Positions 17,637 through 26,271 of a stretch of DNA of 26,335 bases are shown in pieces (the first letter of the stretch is position 1; each line of letters opens with the position of its first letter). Source of the stretch: an uncultured archaeon (GTDB taxonomy: Archaea > EX4484-52 > JAADEF01). Under the pieces are notes generated by a model that did no database searches, was not told where the DNA came from, and was given only the letters and a program-made list of their open reading frames with translations. The position numbers and the translations under genes were made by a program. Location of the stretch: positions 1-26,335 of the forward strand of contig CAYOWP010000013.1 in assembly GCA_964407715.1 (NCBI GenBank). The letters run 5' to 3'.

Positions 17637-17711
17637 TGGGTCGGGCCGGATTCGAACCGGCGACCTCCACCGTGTGAGGGTGGCGTCATAACCAGACTAG
17701 ACCACCGACCC
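17637..17711 (-). tRNA. tRNA-Val (anticodon CAC), no encoded CCA
   Basis: Reverse complement gives acceptor GGGTCGG/CCGACCC-A, anticodon arm CCACC-CT-CAC-AC-GGTGG and T arm GCCGG-TTCGAAT-CCGGC. Confidence 0.97.
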
Positions 17712-17765
17712 TTCTCAGAGATATAATGGACTGCTGTATTTTAAATAAATTAAATTTAGAATGCT

Positions 17766-18494
17766 CTATTCCTCTCTTTTTTTCTCCTTAAGGTATTCAC
17801 TCGCCAGTATTGCTCGCTCCTCTGGTGATAGCTCCTTAGCCAAGTTTTTAAATGTCTCAACATTTGCTTCCAGTTTTCCTTGCTCTTTAGCCTTAATTAA
17901 CTCTTTTATTCTTTCAAGTTTTTTCCTCTTTTCCTCTCCTTTTGCTTCTTTTATTATTGGACGAAGAACTATATAATATAAGAGCCCACCTATGATTCCT
18001 AATATGACTATTTTTGGTAGTGTTGCGGTCATGTAATCTATGATCCAAGGAGGAACGAGTTTATATGAGAAAGGAGAAGCCATTATAAGATACATTCCTC
18101 CCAGCACTGCTAACCCCAAAAATACATACAAAGCATATTTTTGTATTTTCCTTAATGTATCCTCATATACTATATCTTCTTTCATCTTTGGATGAATGAT
18201 TACTTTACATGCCATATAGAGAACAACAATTAATCCAAAAAATATGAGCAATAGAGATGTCATATTTGAGATGATGTTGAATATCATCTCCTTAGTATAG
18301 GGATTATAAAGGGCAATTATTGACATTGCAAGACTTAGAATTGCTTTAATCTTATTTAATTTTTTGCCTTCAAATACACCACTAATGCTTATAGCAATAA
18401 AGAAAAAAAGGTATAAGAATATAAATGATAAAATATATTTTCCTGTCTCCGAATATATAAAGTAATCTATGATATAATCCCAAAAGTACACCAT
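17766..18494 (-). CDS. Hypothetical multi-pass membrane protein with charged C-terminal tail
   Basis: About five hydrophobic segments followed by a K/E-rich helix. Confidence 0.7.
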   Translation of the reverse strand: MVYFWDYIIDYFIYSETGKYILSFIFLYLFFFIAISISGVFEGKKLNKIKAILSLAMSIIALYNPYTKEMIFNIISNMTSLLLIFFGLIVVLYMACKVIIHPKMKEDIVYEDTLRKIQKYALYVFLGLAVLGGMYLIMASPFSYKLVPPWIIDYMTATLPKIVILGIIGGLLYYIVLRPIIKEAKGEEKRKKLERIKELIKAKEQGKLEANVETFKNLAKELSPEERAILASEYLKEKKREE

Positions 18495-18550
18495 AAAACA
18501 TATAATATGTACAAACTTATATATCTTTAATTTGTATATAATTTATAATT

Positions 18551-19318
18551 ATGGGGTTGTTTGCAGGTAGTGAGGCAGAGAGGAAAGGCAATGCGAGAGG
18601 AGAGGTTGAGAGAGTAACAACAGGGGTTATAGGTCTTGATAGCAAAATGGAAGGAGGATTTGTAAAAGGCTCTGTTAATTTAGTAGTAGGGAAGGCAGGT
18701 ACAGGCAAAACACAATTCTGTTCTTCTTTTATATATGCAGGAGCCAAACAAGGAGAGAGAGGTTTATACATTACAACAGAGGAATCTGTAGATGGTATAA
18801 AAAATGATATAAAAGCCATGTTTGGATGGGATTTTGATGAATTGGAAAGACAAAACCTTGTAAAGTTTATCTCAATAAAACCAGTATTTCCAGAGAGAAC
18901 AACAGAAGATATTACCATGATAACCCGTAGTTATATTCTTAATGTGATAAATAAAATATCCTTTGCTGTAAAGGAATTAAATGCTCAGAGATTGGTTATA
19001 GATTCTATTTCTGTGTTGGAGATGTTTATAGATGATAAATACCTTGCAAGAGTTTCATTGATGAGCCTTACAGATAAATTGAGACAGCTTGGCGTAACAA
19101 CTGTAATGAGTGGAGAAATACCTGAGACATCTGAAGGACTGAGCGGTTCTGGGATTATAGAGTATTTGGTAGATAGTGTAATAAAATTGGATTTTGTTCC
19201 TGTTTCTGAGGAATTTAAGAGAACATTGACTATAAGGAAGATGAGAAGAACGAATCATTCCACATTAATACATCCATTTGAGATTACCAAGGAAGGAATG
19301 AGGATAATAGAGATATAA
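18551..19318 (+). CDS. KaiC-like (RecA superfamily, RAD55-type) single-domain ATPase
   Basis: 'ERVTTGVIGLD...GG', Walker A GKAGTGKT, 'YITTEES', Walker B 'RLVIDSIS', 'IRKMRRTNHS...PFEITKEG'. Confidence 0.92.
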   Translation: MGLFAGSEAERKGNARGEVERVTTGVIGLDSKMEGGFVKGSVNLVVGKAGTGKTQFCSSFIYAGAKQGERGLYITTEESVDGIKNDIKAMFGWDFDELERQNLVKFISIKPVFPERTTEDITMITRSYILNVINKISFAVKELNAQRLVIDSISVLEMFIDDKYLARVSLMSLTDKLRQLGVTTVMSGEIPETSEGLSGSGIIEYLVDSVIKLDFVPVSEEFKRTLTIRKMRRTNHSTLIHPFEITKEGMRIIEI

Positions 19319-19320
19319 CC

Positions 19321-20226
19321 TTAATCAATATAGATTCTTGTGTTCTTCCCAACTCTTTCAAGTTTTATTAATCCTCTTTTCTGTAATTCAAGTAAAATCC
19401 TGCTAACCTTTGCTTTTGAAAATTTTGTCTTTTTGACAATATCTTTGTGTTTACATCCATTACCCAATTCTCTTATTACCTCCAATACCAATTTCTCATC
19501 ATCTTTTAACACGCTTATTATCTTTTTCTCCTGATTCTTTCGGTATAGAAGAATTAGATATGCTGCAATAGATGCGAATAATATGAGAGCTGCTACAATA
19601 ACATACAAAAAGACATAGGATCTTTTCTCTGTTATTATGATTTGCTCTTGTTTTGGTATCTCAAACAAAACAGAGAAATCTATTTTTTCTCCAAGTTTTG
19701 GTTTCTTAATTTTCCATTCTACAATGATTCTCCTACCAGAAGGGTCAACAGATAATCTGAAATTAGTTGGATTAATACTGCTTCCTATTTGATTCTCTGC
19801 AATAAACGCTTTTTGTGGTAAGATTACTTTTATCTCTAAATTTTCTGTGAAATCCAAAATTGGTTTTGAGAAAGCAAACTCATATATTTTACCAGCAGGT
19901 TTGATGCTTTTGGATGAGAGGAATATTAAATTGAATGTGGTGTTCTTAGTGGTTATATGAGATGGAATATCACAAAGAATCTCATTTCCTATGTTCAATC
20001 TTTTTATATAACACTCCACTGGAATGTTATTCAAAGAAGCATGTTCTATTTTCCTTACCTCTCCTAAGAAAGCATAACTAATTTTATTTTTGTTATATTC
20101 CTTATAATTTATGGAGATATTATATACAACCCATGTATTGTTCACTATACTTACTTCGATTTTTTCATTTGTTATTGGAACCTGATATGAAATCCCAAGA
20201 TTAAAGAAAATCATGAGAACTAACAA
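19321..20226 (-). CDS. Membrane-anchored protein: extracellular beta-rich domain, one TM helix, C-terminal winged-helix
   Basis: Signal-like N-terminus, TM 'VFLYVIVAALILFASIAAYLILLY', then 'LKDDEKLVL...KDIVKKTKFSKAKVSRILLELQKRGLIKLERVGK'. Confidence 0.8.
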   Translation of the reverse strand: MLVLMIFFNLGISYQVPITNEKIEVSIVNNTWVVYNISINYKEYNKNKISYAFLGEVRKIEHASLNNIPVECYIKRLNIGNEILCDIPSHITTKNTTFNLIFLSSKSIKPAGKIYEFAFSKPILDFTENLEIKVILPQKAFIAENQIGSSINPTNFRLSVDPSGRRIIVEWKIKKPKLGEKIDFSVLFEIPKQEQIIITEKRSYVFLYVIVAALILFASIAAYLILLYRKNQEKKIISVLKDDEKLVLEVIRELGNGCKHKDIVKKTKFSKAKVSRILLELQKRGLIKLERVGKNTRIYID

Positions 20227-20246
20227 GATAAGAAACTTAAGATGTT

Positions 20247-20705
20247 TTAAACCTTTAATACGACACCACCCAACCCATATGATAAAATTTTATGCATAAA
20301 GTCAGCAATAGAATTTAATGATTCCTGAAGATCCTGCAAAGACAGTTCATATTTTTCTGGGGCTATTACCTCGATGGATGAAGGTGCATAGTTCATTATA
20401 ACTTTAAATGCATTCGATAGCTCATTGATATGCACTACCACCTCTGCAACAACTGAAAATACATGAGAAATGCCTTTTTTCTTGATGTTCTCAGGCGCAT
20501 CCAACTTTTCTGCATCCTCTATAAGATATTTCTTGATGAATACTCCTTCCTCTTTACCCAAACTCTCAATATGCTTTTTCATAGCCTCATTAGCAACTTT
20601 TTCATTTATAGCTTGAACCTCAAACAACATCCATAGTTTTAATGGATATCTCTCCTCTATGCTTTCATCAAATTTTGGATTTTCATATTCTTCCATAATT
20701 AACAT
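20247..20705 (-). CDS. Hypothetical protein
   Basis: 152-aa ORF with 'MLFEVQA' and 'MNYAPSSIEVIAP'; resembles uncharacterised archaeal proteins; no function recognised. Confidence 0.7.
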   Translation of the reverse strand: MLIMEEYENPKFDESIEERYPLKLWMLFEVQAINEKVANEAMKKHIESLGKEEGVFIKKYLIEDAEKLDAPENIKKKGISHVFSVVAEVVVHINELSNAFKVIMNYAPSSIEVIAPEKYELSLQDLQESLNSIADFMHKILSYGLGGVVLKV

Positions 20706-20742
20706 AAATAAATGCCAAAGTATTTAAAAGTTTTGAGAGATT

Positions 20743-21240
20743 GGCATTGTCTAGCATTGTCCAATAATTCTTTATTGTTAAGCGGAAACATAACCTCTCA
20801 AAGAAGCGTATGGGAGCAGTTAACCCTTTGAATATGACTATGCTTCCCGTTAACAAATTGTCCAACAATTTTTGATAAGGATTTGTTAACGAGAAAATTC
20901 GTTCTTACAATCGCATTAGAGCATGCTATCCTTATCTTAAGGGGTTAGCTGCTTCCTAAACGCTTTATAAGGTTTGCTGCTCTGATGTGCTTCTTTAAGA
21001 GGTTACTTTTCCGCTTAACAAAATTTTGTTAATAAGGGAGTATTGGACAATGCCGCATTGTCTAATAATGTAGTTTGAGAAATTTGGTTAATGAGAAGAT
21101 ATTGCCATTCACTCAAGGATGAGAGTATGCTAACCAAACTTTCTAATAAAAAAGGTTGATGGAAAGTGTTGCATCTTATCAAAAGTTTGAAAGCATAATA
21201 ACCTGGCTAAAGGTTAACTGCTTTGAAATTTGTTAACAGA
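20743..21240. repeat. Palindromic repeat array B (same arm family as 5948-6387) containing a ~300-bp nested inverted repeat
   Basis: GCATTGTCCAATA (20754-20766) pairs with TATTGGACAATGC (21041-21053), and TGTTAAGCGGAAA (20776-20788) pairs with TTTCCGCTTAACA (21008-21020). Forward arms start at 20777, 20885, 21086 and 21154. Confidence 0.9.
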
Positions 21241-21272
21241 GAGATTTAAATAAAATATATTAAAGGCTATTT

Positions 21273-21422
21273 CTATCCTCCTAATATTGATTTCACAACA
21301 TCTTTTAATAAACCTCCCATTTCATGGGTTATCTTTATTAGAGCAATTAAAACTATGGATAAAATCAATAAATATCCAATCAACTTTATAAGAGTCATGG
21401 CTTTTCCTTTAAGTTTTATCAT
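21273..21422 (-). CDS. Small pilin-like protein with class III-like signal (49 aa; start moved to ATG 21422)
   Basis: MIKLKGKA|MTLIKLIGYLLILSIVLIALIKI...; GGTGA SD just upstream. Confidence 0.6.
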   Translation of the reverse strand: MIKLKGKAMTLIKLIGYLLILSIVLIALIKITHEMGGLLKDVVKSILGG

Positions 21423-21903
21423 TTTTTTCACCTTTTTCTTCTTTTTTTGTGGCCTTTTTAATGCAATTTTCAAAGCAACTTTTATAGTTTGCATCTAATG
21501 CGCACTCTTGAGAGCATTTGATCTTGAGAGAGGGATTATCTATCTCTATCCCGGGATTTTTTGCCTTTTCTTTTGCTTTTAACACTAAAAGAATAAGCAT
21601 CATTGCAATTAACATGCATAAAAGGAGGTAGAAGATGGTTTTTAATGCAAAAAAACCTCTTTTTTTATTTTTTGCAATATAAAACACCAATAATCCAGAG
21701 AAAAATGGTAGAGCATCTTTTATCTGGTCATATACCTTTTTTTCTGTCTCTAATGCATCTTTTGATGAAGAAGTGAGAACATAATATACAGAAAATATAA
21801 GTATAAATACAGAGATTGCTGCAATGATAATCATAACCAATGTTGATAGAGATAACGAAAAGCCTTTCTTTTTCCTTTTAAAACGGTAATTTGACCTTAA
21901 CAT
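21409..21903 (-). CDS. Pilin-like protein with two tandem class III signal peptides and a Cys-rich C-terminus
   Basis: KRKKKG|FSLSLSTLVMIIIAAISVFILIF and KNKKRG|FFALKTIFYLLLCMLIAMMLILLVL; GGAGGT SD; CSQEC...CFENC. Confidence 0.7.
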   Translation of the reverse strand: MLRSNYRFKRKKKGFSLSLSTLVMIIIAAISVFILIFSVYYVLTSSSKDALETEKKVYDQIKDALPFFSGLLVFYIAKNKKRGFFALKTIFYLLLCMLIAMMLILLVLKAKEKAKNPGIEIDNPSLKIKCSQECALDANYKSCFENCIKKATKKEEKGEKNDKT

Positions 21904-22048
21904 TGGAAATACCTCCTATCATTTCTAATGCCTTATCTTTCCATGCTATGAGCAACAAAATTATTATTGAGAGAACAATGAACCCAAGCAATATAGCAAT
22001 GAGTGTATTTATGCTCATTTCTCCTTTTATTTTTTTGACATATCTCAT
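21878..22048 (-). CDS. Small type IV pilin-like protein (56 aa; not in the ORF track)
   Basis: Manual translation: MRYVKKIKG|EMSINTLIAILLGFIVLSIIILLLIAWKDKALEMIGGISNVKVKLPF*. Confidence 0.7.
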   Translation of the reverse strand: MRYVKKIKGEMSINTLIAILLGFIVLSIIILLLIAWKDKALEMIGGISNVKVKLPF

Positions 22049-22085
22049 AAAAATAATATTAAGATTTTATGTGCTTATATATTTT

Positions 22086-22181
22086 ATGAATGGTATCAAT
22101 TTCCTTAGAGATGTAATGATTGCTATTTTTTTGGTTATCCTGCTATTGATAATAACATATAAATTGCTCAATTGGTTATGA
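22086..22181 (+). CDS. Very small hydrophobic, possibly pilin-like peptide (31 aa)
   Basis: MNG|INFLRDVMIAIFLVILLLIITYKLLNWL*; this is the 3' part of track ORF 21891-22181. Confidence 0.4.
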   Translation: MNGINFLRDVMIAIFLVILLLIITYKLLNWL

Positions 22182-22191
22182 TGGGGAGAAA

Positions 22192-22368
22192 ATGAAGAAA
22201 ATAAAGAGATGCGCCTCCGCCATAGAGGGGATGGGAATGTATTTGATTGCAATAGTCTTGGCTATTCTTACCATTATTACTCTCCTCTATGTAGGAGGAG
22301 ATTTGGTCAGCAGGTTATATAATTTCTTTGATAATTTCTTTAAAAGTTTCTTTCAGAATTTTTTATGA
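22192..22368 (+). CDS. Small Flp-like pilin (58 aa; not in the ORF track)
   Basis: Manual translation: MKKIKRC|ASAIEGMGMYLIAIVLAILTIITLLYVGGDLVSRLYNFFDNFFKSFFQNFL*. Glu at +5; GGGGAG upstream. Confidence 0.6.
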   Translation: MKKIKRCASAIEGMGMYLIAIVLAILTIITLLYVGGDLVSRLYNFFDNFFKSFFQNFL

Positions 22369-22404
22369 GATAATTGGTTGTATTATTTGCATGGTGGGAA
22401 GGAC

Positions 22405-23301
22405 ATGATAGATAAATTTTCAAAAATATACAGAATATGTACTAAATTTATAAGTAATAAAAGAATTCCTGTAAACATAATTATATCTTCAGGTGGCTCA
22501 AGGGGTTATGCTGCTTTTGCTATTTTTGAAAAGATAATAGAATATTATGGTAATGAAATAGAGATAAAAGAGATGGCAGGAAGTAGTATAGGAGCAGTGC
22601 TTGTGGGTATTTTCGGGAAAGCAGAGAGAAGGAAAATTGAAAGTCTTCATGAATATAAAAAATTCTTTTCAAGGATGACAAAAAAACAATTTCTTAAATT
22701 GTATGCTCCAGCAGATCCGAGAAGAGGTTTAGTTTCCCATTCTCGTATAAAAAAGTTTTTTTATGAAGAGCTCGGGATTATGGAGAATATAGAAGATCTC
22801 GATGTGAAAGTAACTATAGCTGCTACTAGAATACCACAGATGAAAGTGGAATATTTAAGGGAAGGACCTTTAATTGATGCTATAATGTGTTCTATATCAA
22901 TACCAGGAATCTTTCCCTCTTATATTTATAAGGGAAATCATTATTTAGATGGAGGGATAAGGGATCCCATTCCATGGAGAGCAATAAGGAATGAGAAATA
23001 TGCAAAGAATATTGTTATAGATTTGTATGGAGGGAGGACACATTCTTATAAAAATAACTATAAAGAGAATATCTATAATAATCTTATGATAAGTTTAGAT
23101 GCTTTATTAGAGGAAATTTCTGCTTTATCTATAAGAGAAATAAGAGGGAAAGAGAACTGGTTTATTTTTTCACCATTTGCAAACAAAGAGGTTAAAGTAT
23201 ATTCAACATTTGATTTTGTGAAATTTAAAGAGATTTATAAAATTGGATTGGAAGAATGGGAAGCCAAACAAGAGATATTTGAAAAATGGCTCAGAGCATA
23301 A
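22405..23301 (+). CDS. Patatin-like phospholipase (likely start ATG 22405)
   Basis: Oxyanion motif SSGGSRG, nucleophile elbow GSSIG, 'SISIPGIF', catalytic DGG. Confidence 0.92.
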   Translation: MIDKFSKIYRICTKFISNKRIPVNIIISSGGSRGYAAFAIFEKIIEYYGNEIEIKEMAGSSIGAVLVGIFGKAERRKIESLHEYKKFFSRMTKKQFLKLYAPADPRRGLVSHSRIKKFFYEELGIMENIEDLDVKVTIAATRIPQMKVEYLREGPLIDAIMCSISIPGIFPSYIYKGNHYLDGGIRDPIPWRAIRNEKYAKNIVIDLYGGRTHSYKNNYKENIYNNLMISLDALLEEISALSIREIRGKENWFIFSPFANKEVKVYSTFDFVKFKEIYKIGLEEWEAKQEIFEKWLRA

Positions 23302-23336
23302 ATCGTGATAAGAAAATTATTATAACCACTCCAATT

Positions 23337-24104
23337 TTAGAAAGGAAATCTTCTATAAAAATAAATATACAAAGGTAAAGTGAGTAAATAAATTATTATT
23401 TTATGAGATTTTCTCATTTTTTCTTTCCACTCGTCTTTTGGTTCTATTTTGTTTACTTCTTTTAATCTAATTCTGTTTCCTTCTATTTGGTGAGATTTTA
23501 CATTTAGATTTGATAAATACTTCTCTTGATATTCCTCATTAATCATGCTGCATATCTTTTTTAAATAATGTAGCGGTTCTGATACAAAGTCCTCATATCT
23601 CAGTAATATTTTATTTGGAAAATTTCTTATCCAGATTCTTATTTTTATATTGTACCATATCCAAAATATAATAAACCTAAATAACTTATTATATTTTACA
23701 TAATATCTATAAATTGAACCACAAGGATTTCTAATAAGGTGGATAATGAGCACCTTATCTCTTACCTTATATAGATGAGTTAATGGTTGCAATTCCTTTG
23801 ATGAGTCAACTATATATTGCTTCTTTGATATTTCTAAGATTTTATCATAATAATCAAAATAATATTTGATTTTACATTCGTGAAATACTTTTTTCCAAAT
23901 TTCACATTTATTCCATAATTTATTGCAAGAGCATTTGTGTGAAGAAACATCAATCTTATCTCTATTTAATCTCTTGATGAAGGTATATAATTCTCCTATA
24001 CCTATGATATTTGGATGAACTGAAAGAGCAATATCTAATATCGTGCTTCCACTATGTCCACAAGAGAGAATATAAATATATCTTATATCTCCTTTATTGA
24101 GCAT
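23337..24104 (-). CDS. Sulfotransferase family protein
   Basis: 5'-PSB-like 'SCGHSGSTIL', 'IVDSSK', 3'-PB 'IHLIRNPCGSIYR', 'LRYEDFVSEP'. Confidence 0.85.
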   Translation of the reverse strand: MLNKGDIRYIYILSCGHSGSTILDIALSVHPNIIGIGELYTFIKRLNRDKIDVSSHKCSCNKLWNKCEIWKKVFHECKIKYYFDYYDKILEISKKQYIVDSSKELQPLTHLYKVRDKVLIIHLIRNPCGSIYRYYVKYNKLFRFIIFWIWYNIKIRIWIRNFPNKILLRYEDFVSEPLHYLKKICSMINEEYQEKYLSNLNVKSHQIEGNRIRLKEVNKIEPKDEWKEKMRKSHKIIIYLLTLPLYIYFYRRFPF

Positions 24105-24122
24105 ATAATCCTCTCCTATTTA

Positions 24123-25013
24123 TTAGATTTTATCTATTATCTTTTTATATTTTTCTTCTAAGAATTTTCTTATTTCATCTGGAACAAGATCAAAATTGCC
24201 TTGTCTTACTTTTGTTGCTGATAATTCTTCCATTTCTTTACCAAGTTGTATGACCTCATATCCAACTTCCCTTCCAATATATACTTTGTTTATGTCAGGA
24301 ATCTTTATTATTTTTACTTTATTTCCCATAACTGCTTTTATCATCATTTCTCTTTCTTTTACAGTAAACGGATTTTTCTCATCCCTTTTTGTGTCTCTTA
24401 TAGCTATCAAAACTTTTTCACCTTTCTTCAGAGCATGCTCTACCAATGCCTTATGACCATTATGAAAAGGCTGCCATCTACCAATATAAAGAGAATACGT
24501 CTCTTTAAATTGATCCAAATAATCCAATATTTTGTTTACGCACTCCTCTACACTTTCTTTTTCTGTGTTCACAACAATCTCTGCATTTTTAGGCTCCTCA
24601 TAAGGATCATCAATCCCTGTAAAGTTCTTAATTTCTCCTTTTAATGCTTTTTTATACATTCCTTTTACATCCCTTTTTATACATGTATCTAAGGAACATT
24701 TTAAGTATACAAGCACAAATCTACCTCCATTACTCTCAATGATTTCCCTTATTTTCTCTCGTGTTTTTTCATATGGACTTACAAAACTTGCTATTACATC
24801 AACCCCATTTCTATTAAGTAATGATGCTATATAAGCCACTCTTTCAAGATGTTTTTCTCTATCCTCCATTGAAAACCCTAAATCTTGTGATATTATCTTC
24901 CTCATCTCATCTCCATCAAGATGCTCAGCATGTATTTTTTCTTTTAAAGCATTTGCCAATGTTGTTTTACCACTACATGGCAAACCTGTGAGCCATATGG
25001 TCGTGCCTTTCAT
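24123..25013 (-). CDS. cysC: Adenylyl-sulfate kinase fused to a C-terminal HxGH (cytidylyltransferase-like) domain; likely start ATG 25013
   Basis: 'IWLTGLPCSGKTT', 'LDGD', 'RDVKGMY...GEIKNFTGIDDPYEEP', then 'YIGRWQPFHNGH...IAIRDT...NPF...LSATKVR'. Confidence 0.92.
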   Translation of the reverse strand: MKGTTIWLTGLPCSGKTTLANALKEKIHAEHLDGDEMRKIISQDLGFSMEDREKHLERVAYIASLLNRNGVDVIASFVSPYEKTREKIREIIESNGGRFVLVYLKCSLDTCIKRDVKGMYKKALKGEIKNFTGIDDPYEEPKNAEIVVNTEKESVEECVNKILDYLDQFKETYSLYIGRWQPFHNGHKALVEHALKKGEKVLIAIRDTKRDEKNPFTVKEREMMIKAVMGNKVKIIKIPDINKVYIGREVGYEVIQLGKEMEELSATKVRQGNFDLVPDEIRKFLEEKYKKIIDKI

Positions 25014-25093
25014 ATATCCCACCTAAGTAATAGGTGATATATAAAATAAAACATGTTAAAAATTTAAAACATTAATGGTATTATATTCGCTAT

Positions 25094-26263
25094 ATGGATA
25101 AAAAGAAATTTAAAATTGCTTATGTTACTTATGCAAATATTCCCTCTAAGCATGCACATTCTATTCACATAATGGAGATGTGTTCCTCTTTGGGCAAGTA
25201 TGTTGATTTAACTTTGGTTATTCCTTTTTTTGCTTCTCATCATGTATATCCTTCAGATATCTTTGAATATTATGGTGTTAAGAAAACATTTAAAATTAAG
25301 AGGATTTATGTGTTGGATTTCCTTTTCTTTACACGATATCTACATAGATTAGCATCTCTCCTTTTCCATTTACATGATTTCCTTTTTTCATTTATTTCAT
25401 TATTTTATCTTTTGATTGTGAAAGAGAGATATAACCTCATATATACTCGCGACCCACATGTTGCATTCGTTTTTTCTTTTTTTAAGCCTGTTATCTATGA
25501 AACACATGCTTTCACAAAATCTTCTTTTTATCATATCTTAGAGAGAAATATGCTGAAGAGAATCTTATATATTGTTTACTTGACTCCTTATTTGAAGTAC
25601 CTTTACGAGATCTACTACAAATTTAATACTCCTTCATCAGTTATTCATGATGCAGTAAATTTAAAGAAGGTTTCAAATATAAAACCCAAAAAACTACCAA
25701 AAGATAAGCCAATAATTGGATATATTGGTAGTGTAGAAACCTTAGGATCAAAAAAAGGTATAGAAATAATATTAGATGCTGCTAAAGAGATTAAAGAGGC
25801 TATATTCTATATCATAGGCTTTAAAACAGATGATGAATATAAGAGATATAAGGCATTAGTGGAGCAAAGAAATTTAAAGAATGTGATTCTTCTAAAAAGA
25901 CTTCCACATAAAGAGGCAATATCTTATCTAAAATCATTTGATATTGCCTTACTCCCTTTACCTCGAACAACATTCAATGCATATTTTACTTCACCTATGA
26001 AGCTCTTTGAATATATGGCTGCAAAAAAGTGCATAATTGCAAGTGACCTGCCCTCTATAAGAGCAATTATTTCAGATAATGAATGTCTTTTCTTTAAACC
26101 AGGAGACTCAAAGGATTTAGCAAATAAGATAAGATATGCTTTGAAGCATAAAAAAGAGTGCAATAAAAAAGCCCAGAATGCATATAAAAAAGTTATGAAA
26201 AACTATACATGGGATAACAGAGCGAGAAAGGTGTTAGAATTTTTAAAATTTTGGGCTAATTAA
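25094..26263 (+). CDS. GT4-family (GT-B) glycosyltransferase
   Basis: 'IGYIGS...KKGIE', 'FDIALLP...TSPMKLFEYMAAKKCIIASDLPSI', 'YTWDNRA'. Confidence 0.92.
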   Translation: MDKKKFKIAYVTYANIPSKHAHSIHIMEMCSSLGKYVDLTLVIPFFASHHVYPSDIFEYYGVKKTFKIKRIYVLDFLFFTRYLHRLASLLFHLHDFLFSFISLFYLLIVKERYNLIYTRDPHVAFVFSFFKPVIYETHAFTKSSFYHILERNMLKRILYIVYLTPYLKYLYEIYYKFNTPSSVIHDAVNLKKVSNIKPKKLPKDKPIIGYIGSVETLGSKKGIEIILDAAKEIKEAIFYIIGFKTDDEYKRYKALVEQRNLKNVILLKRLPHKEAISYLKSFDIALLPLPRTTFNAYFTSPMKLFEYMAAKKCIIASDLPSIRAIISDNECLFFKPGDSKDLANKIRYALKHKKECNKKAQNAYKKVMKNYTWDNRARKVLEFLKFWAN

Positions 26264-26271
26264 AATAGTTC

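Noticed and set aside
11818-17711. Integrated element or provirus at either tRNA
   Set aside because: No integrase and no duplicated tRNA 3' end were seen; the intervening genes are mostly core (cbf5, secDF).
18551-19318. Circadian clock KaiC
   Set aside because: It has a single ATPase domain and no kaiA/kaiB nearby; it is a generic archaeal KaiC-like ATPase.
21891-22085. 5' part of the 96-aa + strand ORF, and the minus ORF 22067-22252
   Set aside because: They are antisense to the more convincing small pilin-like ORFs.
1244-26163. Short antisense ORFs in the track (e.g. 1244-1459, 2916-3146, 3596-3808, 4657-4926, 5235-5486, 9092-9361, 18517-18918, 24246-24644, 25924-26163)
   Set aside because: They lie opposite well-supported genes and are shadow ORFs.
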